DNA from: Psammoneis japonica
Taxonomy: Eukaryota
Length of the DNA: 64,000 bases
Direction of reading: 5' to 3'
NCBI GenBank assembly: GCA_008632985.1
Contig: QPGO01000014.1
Span: 572,289-636,288 of the forward strand
A program made the position numbers and the translations under genes. A model generated the notes under the pieces. That model saw only the letters and a program-made list of their open reading frames with translations, ran no database searches and was not told the origin of the DNA. Below are positions 25,831 to 37,800 of this stretch, in pieces; the stretch's first letter is position 1; each line of letters starts with the position of its first letter.

Positions 25831-27059
25831 ACTCCAAAAGCAACAAATCAGAGCCCACATGTCACAAATTCACATCCAAGGAATCTGCCATTGACAAAGT
25901 TGTTGACGGGTTTGATGATTCAGAGCACTGCCTGCCCATTGTCACAGGTGAATCAGCAGTCATCCTGTTGCCGGAAAAAGATTTGGATGATGAGGATGTG
26001 TGCAATGATCCTGTGGACAATTGAGCCAAACCACCAGTCCTTTGAAAAGTGCAAAATTTTGATGTGGGGGGCATGCATGGATGCAACTTTTTTCAAGTCT
26101 CGGATTCGCACATCAGCTCATTCTGTGTTTTGCTTGTGTCATTCAACATGAAACACAATGCTGGAACTGTCTTGTGCAAAACTTTTGCAGCAAGTTTTTC
26201 ATCCTTACAAGCAATGACGGAGGTGCAAATGTCCCATGGCTGTGCATGACAAGGCCTGTCAACACAGGAGATCTGTCCTTGGATGAGCTCTGTTTGGACC
26301 ATGGTGTGAAGGCTGTCCAATCCACACAGCAGCAAAGAGATGAGGCTGGGTGCCAAGTTGTGAAGGAACTTTGTGCAAACGCCTCTGTTGAGGCATGCAC
26401 CATGTCTCTGCAGGATGGAAGTGCCATGCACCACTTTAATTGCAACATTTCTGCCAAGGATTCTGATGACCACATGAAGTTGTGATTTGGAAGTGAGATT
26501 GATTTTTAAGAAGAGCAGATTTGTTCAGATTTGCATGGACTGCCACTGGATGCAATGAGGGGAGTGGCAGCAAACGTCATTCAGAAAATGCTTTTTTTGC
26601 AAAAACCTCAAAGAGATGATGAAATCATTGTTGCATCTGAAGCTTGAGAGGTGCCACATCATTGTCCCATGCAACCTGTGGTCCCTTGCCCAAGTCATGC
26701 GCAACTTGGAGTGCATGGAAGAATGTGCGCTGGAGCTTGGCATGACCAACAAGATGGCATGTGGCAAAGTGATGATTTGCCAGGCATCCCATGAAATTGC
26801 AGAGCAGGACAGGGGGGGGGGGTTGGCTTGGAAAACCTTCCAACCAGGAAGCACTGCATTTGGGAGTCATGGAACAGGAAATTTGGGAAACCCTTCCAGA
26901 GACAGAAAGGGATGCAGTCCTGAAATTCATCAAGGAACTTCACAGATTTGATCCAACAAAACTGACAAAGTTCTTTTCCTTTGAGAGGAGAATGCCCTCT
27001 TGTGTGACTCTGCAATCCCAGGCAGCTCCTCACAAATCAACAACTTGTCACCAATGGCC

Positions 27060-29950
27060 TTGATTGGCACCAAGAACAGCTTGGGTGAGCACACTGCATT
27101 TTTGGAAGTGGACAGAGCTTGGTTTTTTACTTGGTCCAATTGTCAATGACTGACTGGGTTGGTGTGTTGCATGCACTCTATCATGGAATGCTTGTCTGCC
27201 TTGCACACGCATGGGTGAAAGACCGCGTGCAACTCACCATTGCTTTCCTTTTTGAAGAAACAGTGCAGCTGGGATGGGAAGAACAAATCCCCCCTCCTTG
27301 TCCCAAAGTTCACATCATTTGCCCAGTGGTGCACAGGTCCTTTGCTGTTGCAGCCAGGGTGAGCGTGGCAAGTGTCTGGCCCATTTTTGTTGTGAAACTC
27401 TGTTTTTGCAAAAAGGTTGTTGGAGAAACTCTCTCCTGCACCAACGCAATCCCACCACTTTTCCAAAAGAAATTGAGCAGGACTGGGTGGAGCTGACATT
27501 GTTTTTGCTTTCTGTGCCAGAGGAAGCTGACTGCCTTGTTTGTCACACTGCAGTGGATGGAAAATGTGCTCCCCCCAGTTTGTGTTCTTCCAACTCACGT
27601 GCCATGTTGTTTCTTTCCACCTTTGATGAAATCCATGGGTTTGCCAACAAGGCTTGGTGTGCCGTCATTTGGTCTTGCATGCGTGGCGCCACCTGACCAA
27701 GGAATGCATCAAAGCTGCATTGTTGTGCTGTCACCAAGGGCAATTTGAAAAAGTCTTTTAACAAGATTCCCCGAGACCCACATCAAAGTTCATGGCACAA
27801 CAGAAATGACACAGAAAGATTGGCAGGTGGAGCAGCTTGTGCAACTTTTGCAGCTTCCACCCAGCTCCTTCATGTCTGGTGAGAAATGGACAACGCAAGA
27901 CACCAGCAACCAAGTTTTCTTTGAGATTTTGTTCAGATTGGTTCTGTCATTTGGTTGGTTCCCAATTAGATGCCAAGCATGGAAGGTGAGCAAGTCTTCC
28001 AACAACTGGATGCACTGTCTGACACTGCATCTAAGGGGCTGTCTCTCATTTTTGCTTTTCTGTCAGTTGCATGTGTGGCAAGTTCCTTCATCTTCAGATT
28101 CATCCTGGTTGTGTCATGCAGAATTGTCTGAGTCCATCTTGCATGGAGCATTGGTTTCATCCTCACTGCATTCTTCCCCAACCACTGCATGGTTGTTGTT
28201 GGGATCACACTCTTCTGGGCTTTGGAAACAATTAATTTGGAACATGGGAATGCCACAACCCACTGGCAATGGAGAATCGTCTTCATCCTCTGCTCAGAAA
28301 CAAGAATTGTGTGCCTCTTGCCCTTCCTTTGTCAGAAGCAAGGGTGAAAAACAAAGGCCAGGCCTGCCCAGTGGTGAGAGTTTGGGGAGGCAAGTGAGGC
28401 AGCACCGCCTTTCCAAATTGGTTTGCAAGAAAGAGTTGCAAGTTGATCTGTGTTTCCCAAACATTTTTTCAACCAGTCTGTCAACCTTGCTTCTCACAGA
28501 GTTGGTCATGCTGTCAACTAACACACCGATCTCCCTTTTTAAAGTTCCATTTTCAAACAGTTGCATCATGTCACTGGCCGTTGAAAAGGCAACCCCAAAC
28601 AGCTGCTCACCAAAATCTGCCTTCAGCAAGCAGTTGGTGGGGACATTGTGTTGCTTCATGCAGTGCAGCTGTTGCTGCCAGTGATTCTTCTCTTTTTTGT
28701 CAAGACTTGGATCATTTACCTTGTGTTAAATGAGCAACAGATTGCTTGCATGCATGAGCTTGCAATCCTTCCAGGGGTCATCAAGTTCATTGTGTCCCAT
28801 TGTGAAAAACCTGGAACACTGTTGGCGACAATTTTTTGCACCGCACCAGCCCACAAGACAATCGCCACTCTTTGTGTCACCGTCAATTGGGGTTGTGGTT
28901 GGAATGACATGTAGGTGGCAGATCCAGTCACCGCATTGCACACAACAGCTGAAGCCACCTTGTTCCACAATGTCAAGAAGTGGCCAGAGCATTGTGGCCA
29001 GAGCATTGTGGCCAATGCCTTGTCACAATCATGGAGGCTTTGCCTCTTCTCCAAGTTGCGTGCATCAGACTGTTGTTTGGCTGTGGAGGAGGACATCTTC
29101 TCCAAGTCAGGAATGCAACCAAGGACTTGCCACTTTGCCCTGTCATGCCATTGGTTGCAGGCAACATGAGCCAAGGCAACTGTGACAGGCTCTCCACAAA
29201 AGGATCCCACAGAGGCTGTTTTTCCCATCTTGTCCATGCAAAATGTCAAACAATCAAGGAGCTCTTTAAGAGGATCCAAGACTCTGGCTGTGCATGTCCT
29301 TCTGTGCCACTTGCTGGCCAAAACACACTTGTCATTGTTGCCCTTGGCAACACACATTCCAAATGGATTGTTTGGGTCCACAAGATTGCTTTTGGTTGCC
29401 CATGTGCAAGTGTCCAGCATGAACGATTCCCAGGCATCTTTGAAATTCCATCGCGGAACTCAGGCAGTTGTCTCACCACGTTCCCTGGTTGCACTTTCCA
29501 GGTTGACTAGAATCATCTCGCATTTGGGACCAGGAAATGATTTGTGGAGGCTCTCCATTGGTTTGCTCCATTGTGGCATTTGCATGTCAACCTGGAATGT
29601 GCTCCCACAGTGTTGTTCAATGAATTCAGCAATCTTGTCATGCAGGTGCAGTGGTGCTCAGCAGTCATCTGCCAGCTTGCAAAGCTCTGCGCAAGCACCG
29701 TTGAGGTTGCTCAGAGAAGGCAAGCTGGCAAATGCATCTTTGGCTGGTTTTTTGCAGACCTTTCTCAATCTGCTGTCATTGCTGAGTGATTCCTTGTCAG
29801 CGTCTGATGATGTTGAATCATCATCATGTGGGGCTTTGGAAGCACACATGGTGACATCAGGCAATGTGTCAAAACAGTTAACTTCTGACTTGCTCTCATC
29901 CAACAACATCTCCAACGACATGCAGTGGCTCTCCTCAGGATTGCACTGCA
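27060..29950 (-). pseudogene. Decayed Plavaka-type (CMC-related) DNA transposase
   Basis: Motifs are recognisable once C/H are read back as Y: SKW[Y]RRT[Y], LTF[Y]MDK.G, EPVT, W.VLG[Y]IPDLE, DGDTKSGD.LVG, TASDMM.LFENG, LEDLLTFHAW, [YR]AHPG[Y]NSKGP..WA. Multiple frameshifts, including a 14-bp duplication at about 28980-29013. Confidence 0.7.
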
Positions 29951-32235
29951 ACCCAAGAGGGGAAACATCATCATCAAAAGATGCTGACTGTGGTGCATTG
30001 GTTGGTTGTGTTTGACAGCAGTTGGCCCAAGCCAGACATTTGCAGCAGATGCCCTCCGTTGTGACCGCCTCAGCCTGGGCAGTGACGAGTTGTCTGATGA
30101 TGAAGAAAGGTCCAGTTCCTCTGACTGCCTTCCATGTGCAATGTTGTTCCTCCCAGGGGAAGTGCAACCCACAACGCTGATGGACACCTCCAGCAATGGG
30201 TGTGGGGCAACAGGCTCTCAATGTGACAAGTTGGCCTTCTCTTGAACAAACAAGAAACATTGCAGGTTGTGATGGAAATGGGTGAGCATGCACGTGAATG
30301 ATTGTTTGCAACACGGACATGCCATTGCCCCATCCTCACCCTGCCAAACACCGTTGTCATCCATTTGGAAAATGGCAATGATTTGTGAATTGCACAACTG
30401 TGTTTGTGGAGCAATGGCCTCACTTGGTTAGATCATGGAAAGTGAGATGATTGTGCAGGGAAGCAAGAGAAACATGACACAAAATGGTGCAAAAATGCCA
30501 GTGCATTACATTCTTCCCATCAATGAAAACATTTGTGGGTGCAGATGAATTGCACATGTTGGGATCATTGTCTGCAGAAAGGAGAAAGTAAGTTGTGATG
30601 TGTTGGTTGCAATCATTCTGGATGCACCTCACTGTGATTTGCAATTGAGTGTAAAAGCAGGGGTGCACCCATGCCCACAGCAGGAGACAACACTTTGCCA
30701 TCAACCATGAATCTGGTTGCACAAAATGACAGATTAATGACCCCTTGGCCAAACAACTGCTGGCAAAAATCAAGGCAATGACAAACATGATGGATGAAAC
30801 AAGAGAGCAAATTACAGAAGCAGAGCATGATGCAGCTTTTGATGAAGTGGAGCACTTGATGCAATCAACAGACTCTGGGAGGATGGAACACACTGATGGC
30901 AATGGGGGGTGGTGGTTTGAGGAGGGGAGGAGGGAACATGCGGATGACCCGCACCTCTGCCATGACTGCATGGACATGTTTAGCATGTTGGACAGTTTAC
31001 AATGGCGTTGGGATGATGAGGAACACCAGTTGGTGTGGGAGGAACAATGGAAAAATGCATGCAACTTGATGGTTGTGGTGTGCCACCACATAAAAAAAAT
31101 GGAGTGACAAAGCAGTTGAGTGCATGCATGCTGGCACACGCATGTTCTCCATGTGTGATGACATCAACTGGGTGAACAACATCATCAATCATGGGGGAAG
31201 CGCTCACAAGTGCAAGGAATGTTGGGACTGCATTGCGATGCACCAAGACAGGCAAGGAAAGAGGCACTGTGTCTGCAGTCATTGCAACAACAATGGAGAG
31301 AGTGAAATGAGGGATGAACTTGCAGCAGGATCCATGGTGGGCAAAACGAAACTAGCCAAAGACAGGATGGACATTTGTGCTTTGAAGGAGATGTCCAGCA
31401 TTGGCTTGCCGACTTGTGGAATGGATGACAAAGGAACGTGCAGACCACTCAGAGAAAGGTCAAGGTGGGGAGGCACTTGCAGACCAGTGATGGACAAGGA
31501 TGGGATTGCCTTTGATGCCATGAAACAGGCAAAGTGGCTCCAGTGTGAAATGCTGCAGGACAAGCATGAAAAACTTTGATTTTGTGATGGAATGGAGTTC
31601 TTTTGTTTGTCACCCAGGACAGTCAATCATTGGACAATGGATTTTGTCAAGAAGTAGATTCAAGGTGAAATTTGTGAGCAGCAACATCAAAATGAGAGTG
31701 AGAGATGCTGTCTGGCAGAGAAACTCCGGGCACAATCACGTGGACCATTTTGTGAATTGTGTCAGACTAGAGACATTGGCTTTCAATTGCATGACTGATT
31801 GTTCTGACATCAGTCGGTGCAGCATGTTTAAAGTTGCAAGTTTGGAGGGAGACAAGGAATTGGACCAGACAACAATGTGGCACCAAAATGCCAGTGATGC
31901 CACAGCACCATTGTGGCACCGGGATGGTGGGAACAGGTGTCATTTGTTCATTGCACTCAAAATCACTTTTGCAGGTGAAATGGTTTCCAAATGCCTTTGC
32001 AGGTTGGACAAATGCGTGTGTCCTCAAATGAGTTGGAAATGAATTTAGAAATCACAGTCATGCAGAAGGTTTGAACTGGATTGTGGGTTGACATTTTTTT
32101 TTAAACACAATGAAGAGTGGCAAAACCAACAAAAAGATTGTGTGTTCACAGTTGTGGTTGTTTGCAAATTGTGTTGCAGTTAAAGGAGCGGAGTCATTGG
32201 TGAGAGCATCAGGTGTTTAGTGTTGAAAGAGAGGT

Positions 32236-33506
32236 TTGAAGATTTTGCAATGGCGACCATCGTCAAGGGAACAGAGGCATGCAGCTGCCCCACAATTCAC
32301 AACAGCCACAGAGGCAATGGCAAGGAAGAAGGAAAAACAGTGTGAGGAGGTGGCTAGAGATCAACCAACCAGCCCGAGGCTGGCCACAGCATTGATGAGG
32401 GCAGGAGCCAGTGGAGATTGCCAGTCCACAAAGAGAGAGGAAGAAGAGGTGGCACAGAGAGAGCCATTCCCAAGGGCGGAGTTCCTTGCAAAGGTGGACA
32501 TGGCTGGCAGTGGCAAAGTGCTGCAGCTCATTTGGAAAAAGACAGCAAGTGGCAATTTCAGCAAGCAAGACTGGGCAGGATTGTGGAAAGACTGGGCAAA
32601 GAAGTGCATCATGAATGCAACCAATGCAAAAAGGAACACCATCACCCAGACAATGCAGAAGAATGCAATGACTGGCAAGTGTTTTGTGATGCATGGCATG
32701 TTGAGTGTGGTTGTGCTTAACACCACCCTTCTTTGGTGAAGATGTGATGACAGAGCAGCAAGCCGAGGAATTGCATGGTCAGAAGAAACCTGCCATCAAA
32801 AACAAATGAGGGAACAAAAGGAAGAAGAAGGATCAAGCGGCGGATGAAGAACCATTCTTGGAAACTTGGGAGGAGCAGACAGCAAACACAATTGTGAAGG
32901 AGAAGCACAGCAACAAGGAAGCATGTGCATGGTTCTATGACAATGTCCTAAAATTCACAAAGCACACTGCAGTGTGGAGAAAAAAGGTGGAGTCAGGCAG
33001 GTGAGACCAAGGCTCCAGATCTAACTGCGGCAAGTGACAAGGCTCTGGGGCTGTTGACATTGGAAAACCACTGGAAGAATTGGGAGCACAAGGCCCTCAA
33101 TGAGAAGACTGTTGGAGGGGGGAAGACTCAGGGGACAAGGAGGAGGAGGAGGAGTCAAACTGGCACCCAAGTGCACATGCCCAACACCACAGTGCAACTC
33201 ATGGAATGAGAAAGGAAAATTGCAATTCAACGCCCTGCTTGTGCAAGTGAAGGAACAACATGGTGCAGTGGCAGCAAGAAAAGGGAGAGCAATCAAAAGG
33301 ACAAGGGAGCAAAAAGGAAGAAAATGCTGGTGGAGAAGGAGGCAAGAAAACAGGCAATGACAGAGCTTTTCAGTGACAACAAGGAGGACAAGGAAGAGGT
33401 GACAGACAGGAATGGGGGCAACAAGGATGGTGAAGATGAGGAAGAAGGAAGTGAAGATGGAAGCAACAATGAAGAAGAGGCAGAAATTGAGCAAACTTTG
33501 GTGTGA
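32236..33506 (+). pseudogene. Decayed accessory ORF of the type found with Plavaka-like elements
   Basis: Fragments AWFYDNVL, (SD.A)LGLLTLENHWKNWE, PK[Y]T...WNEKGKL.FNALL.QVKE and an acidic tail. Assignment is from recalled motif similarity only. Confidence 0.45.
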
Positions 33507-34379
33507 AGAGGGAGTGGAGCCTTTTGTCAATGCAAGAATGGAGCATGGCAAAGCAATGCATCGGTGTTCATTGAAAACAATCACAAACTGGGAATGCAGC
33601 AATTTAGTGTTCATTGAGAGATGTTTCATCCTTTTGATTGACAAACAGTTTGTGACACAGATTTTACAAACCCCATGAAACATGTTTGTTGGCATTGATT
33701 TGTTTTTTTGAAAGGCTTTTCAATGTCACAGTGAAAAGGTGAGAAAGGCATGTACTCTGAAGGGGGAACAGGTTGCATTTTCACAGTCAAAGGTTGCATC
33801 TCATGGGAGATGGTGGGCCCCCATGGCAACAATTTTTTTGTCTGTCATGTTCAACAAATTGTCACCACGTGCACAACTGTCAAGGTTTGAAACAACGGAA
33901 TTTCATGCCACAACAGACTGAAAGGTTTTCCATGAGAAAGGTGGTCTGGATCACTGTGATGTGTGCTCTGATGTCTGTTTCAAACAGGGTTGCCATTCAT
34001 TGATTTCCTTGAGAGACATCTCCAGTCTGTTGACATCAATGCTGCACGCAGCTGAGCCTTCCTCCTTCATTGACAGGCTCGCGTGCATTTTCCTGCCACC
34101 AGAGCTGATGCATGGACCCAGAACCACCATTGTTGTTAGTCATCATTTTTAACCGTTGCAACGTCAAACCCAGACTGAGTTGTTTGGAACTCTCTGTCTC
34201 TGCAAAGTCAAGACTGGCCCCTCAAGACATCCTTCAATGCTGCCAATCATTGCTGTTTCATTTTTGAGTTTCTGAGGCAGTCTCCGAACAATCCAACATC
34301 TCAAGAGCTTCCATTTGATGTTTTGTTTTGAGTTCTGCACACATTTTGTACCAGATCCTGTGCTTGAAGCCGTGTCTTT

Positions 34380-36100
34380 GATGTGCATCAGCCATGACAT
34401 CCAATTCACCAAGATCTACACCACTCCTGGCTTCACCAGGATGGACCACTGCAACTGCCAATGCCAACCCTTCATCAACTGTGCCTGTGCCTCTCAGGTG
34501 TGGCAGGATTCATTCTGAGCATGGGTGCTTCATGGGTGGATCACCATTGGACAACAACTGCAAGCCCAAGCTCTCTTGGTCCTGCTGTTCTGCCAACCAG
34601 TCTCACAAAAAGAAGATTCTGCCACACATTGAGTGCACTCTTTGTGAAGCAAGGAATGGAACGGATGTTGTCAAGTTTGACAGAAGTGCTGAACTCACCA
34701 AGGACGGTCACAACAAACTTGATGAAGCTCATTTCATTCAAGCTCTTTGCACCCCAGTCAAAGAACATGGGCCAGAGAACTTCTTTGCTGTGAAGCTTGA
34801 TGGCAAGGTCATGCCTCCATTTGAACATCTCCACTGATGAACACACGGAACGAGCCAAAAAAGCTTTGGATTTCTCCACCGGCAGCAAATGTGAGCACAA
34901 TGACATCTTTCTTTCAAGGTTGGTTGTCAAGTCTTGCACCTCCCATCAATTTTGAGGGAAGATCAAGGTCCAGCACGGTCATGAGAACCTGTTCAAGTGC
35001 TGTCCAGGCCAAGTCCACCTCTCATGATGGCCTTGGATGCTTGCAGTGCATCTGCCATCCATGATGTTGAACAAGCTGCCAAGGATCTCAATGCTCCATT
35101 GCTCTCGTCCTTTCCTTGCAAGGACATTTCTGAGTTTGCCACTGAAGCACTCCATCTCACCAAGCTTCTCCAAGCTGGCTGTGTGTCATTGATTGATCTT
35201 GGCTTGGATGTCCTGAAGAAATGTCTCAAGACATCATGCAAGGCTTTCAATTGTAAAATCCATGCCATGTTGGACAAGGTGTCACTCAAGAAACACAAGT
35301 GTCATCTCAGTGATCCCAAGGCACTTGCCAAGGACTCTGACTGTGACACTCTTGGGCCTGTGGTGTGCATTGCGCATCTCCAACAGCAGCATTGCTTCCA
35401 TGTTGCTGACAAGGATTGGCCCAGGCTCTCTACAAAGCTTCCCCAGAGCAACAACACTTCCAAGACCACTGGCAGGTGTGCCTGCAATGCCTGTGGAGCC
35501 AAGGACCACTGGGACAACAATCCCAAGTGTCCCAAGCATGCGGAATGTCAGAAGTGCTAGAAAGAAAAACGTCAGCAGTGATGACAGAACAGAAAGGATG
35601 ACTCAATGGCAGCTCCTGCCAACACATCGCCTCTTGCATCCTCTGTCACTGTTGACACTGTCCCTGCTGAGAAACAACCCAAACTCAAGGAATCGCTTGC
35701 CAAAAAGCCCCATTGTTGCACCCGCCTGGCAGATCTGTCAAGCCCATCATAAACAAGTGCGGTTTGACCACCAATTTTTGTGGAAAGTGCATGTGCAACC
35801 ACACCGGCATTGGAGGGATGCACACAAATCACAAGGAGTCAGACCATGTTTGCAAGCCACCCAAACAAGAGCAGCCTGCAGGAAATTTTGCCTCTGTTGA
35901 CAATCTAGATTCGGGCGTCCCATCTGTGCCACCCACCCAGACTGCTCCAGATCCAACCAATGTGCCCAAGGACATTTCTGTCAATGGGGACGAGCTGGTT
36001 TGGACCAGGTTTCATTGCTGCAAGGTTGAGGACCCGTCTCCCCTCCTGCCATGCCTGTCATCAACATCTCCTGCAGGTGGCTGCAAGCCTGCTCCTGCAT
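34380..36100 (+). pseudogene. Decayed Ty1/Copia (CoDi-like) gag
   Basis: Helical gag-like region (DISEFATEAL.L.KLLQAG...DTLGPV), zinc knuckle CNACGAKDHWDNNPKC and a second FCGKC.C..TG..G.H..H...H motif. A weak PBS-like tttgtaccagatc lies at about 34345. Confidence 0.6.
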
Positions 36101-37089
36101 CTCAGAGGGAGCAACCAATGATTGCAGTTGAGACCGTTGAACCTGAAGATGAGCTGATGATTTCAGCAATTGCTTCAACAGCTACAACAACCTTTCTTGG
36201 GATGATTCAATTGTCATGTTTCTGACCCAGCCCACCCCACCATCCATTGTTCCTGCCTTGGATTCTCCAGCTCCTCCTGCTGAGTGCTTCTTTGATGCCA
36301 TGTCCAAGCCCAAACCAACGCTGGACCCACTGGTTCCCCAAGCTCACCATCTGTGGCTGTGACATCTCCTCAAGCTTCTGCTCTTCTGGATCTCTGCCAT
36401 GCTTTGGCCTGTGGCTTGTTTGCTCTTGTGATGATCCTCCTTCTCCTCTTCACCGTGTCCGCACACTCAAGCACTGGCCTGCAGTGTGTTGCCATCCCTG
36501 CCGTTGGGGCGTGATTGCATGCGCGATTGCTCTTTGGCATTTTGTCTGCAGCGGCACTGCTCCTCCCCACCCCTTTCAGTCTTTTGACTGCCTCTCCTCC
36601 TCTCAAACATTCAAAGTTGTCTCTGCTCTGATCTGTTGCCCCTGGCACATTTGTCCAGTGCCACACTGTCAAGGCCAGATGTCAAGGCCAGACAGTTTGA
36701 ATGTGAGTTGGTGTGTTCAGAGGGAGTCAAGTCAAAAACACATCCACTCTGCCTTTCAAACTTGCCAAGTTGATTGATGCAAGTGATGCCAATGATTTCT
36801 TTGATGCACACACAGAGCTGCGGCTGCTCATTTGCCAGGAGTGCTTCTTTCATGCTGAGACCTTCCGTCAATCCGCCAGCCCGGATGTCTTTGGCATTGC
36901 TGACTTGTGTCATGCCCGACATTTGATTGATTGCACTCACACTCCAGCAATTGCTCCGGAGGACCTGTCTGCCTCTCATGTCCATCCATTCTCTGCTGTG
37001 ATCCTTCCAGGACAGAAAGCTTTGCTGAAGGAAGTAAAAGGGTGGGCTGCATGCTCAACAAAGGAGGCATGCCCAAAGCTTCAGTAGAA

Positions 37090-37800
37090 GGAGGCAAAGA
37101 GACCGCAAACAGTCTCAGTGACCTCTTGCTGAGCATTTGCGATGGCCATGGCATGCTTGGGATTTGGAGTGGAAGCAGGGGCCTGTGTGGGTGCTGGAGG
37201 AGGAGCAGTGGTGCAGCTGGAGATGCAGTGGCTGCTCCAGCAACTTTGGCCACAGGACAGCAGCGCTTGGTCTTGTGACAACAACAATGATCTTTGCCAT
37301 CAATGTTGCGGTGACTTTGGTGATGAGAATCATTGAATGTTCCATGCAAAGGTCATGAGTCTTGAAGGTGGCAGTGTCAATGACTTGAAAAATGTCATCC
37401 ATGTTGCACTTGACATGATTCAACTGCACAGTTTCAGTGGACATGGCCAGGTCACAAGTGTCTTCAGGCTTGTCAGGATTGTTGGTGTTGAGGATGAGCA
37501 GGTCAAAGCAGGTCTGCTGCTTGGCAGTTGCCTTTTGGAACAAGTCATTGAGTTTGTCTGGGTCCAAAGAGTCCCTCTGAGACTTGGCACGTGACGCCTT
37601 CAGAGTTTCAGTGGATGTCTTTGGCGCAGTGCAGACTTTTGCCTTTCATCCATTTGTCTCCACTGCAGACATGCTGGCTGGAGATGGAGTGTGCAAAGGC
37701 GGCAGAGGTGTGCTTGCTGCAGACATGCAGGCTGCACAAGAAAGCACAGGTTCTTTGGGTGACGGTCAGTTGCACTCCTGTTGTCTGTCCAAATGTGGTT
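37090..37800 (-). pseudogene. Second decayed LTR-retrotransposon gag-like fragment
   Basis: LDPDKLNDLFQKATAKQQT.FDLL...KPEDT.DLAMS.ETV.LNHVK.NMDDIFQVID resembles the N-terminus of diatom Copia gag. Confidence 0.4.
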
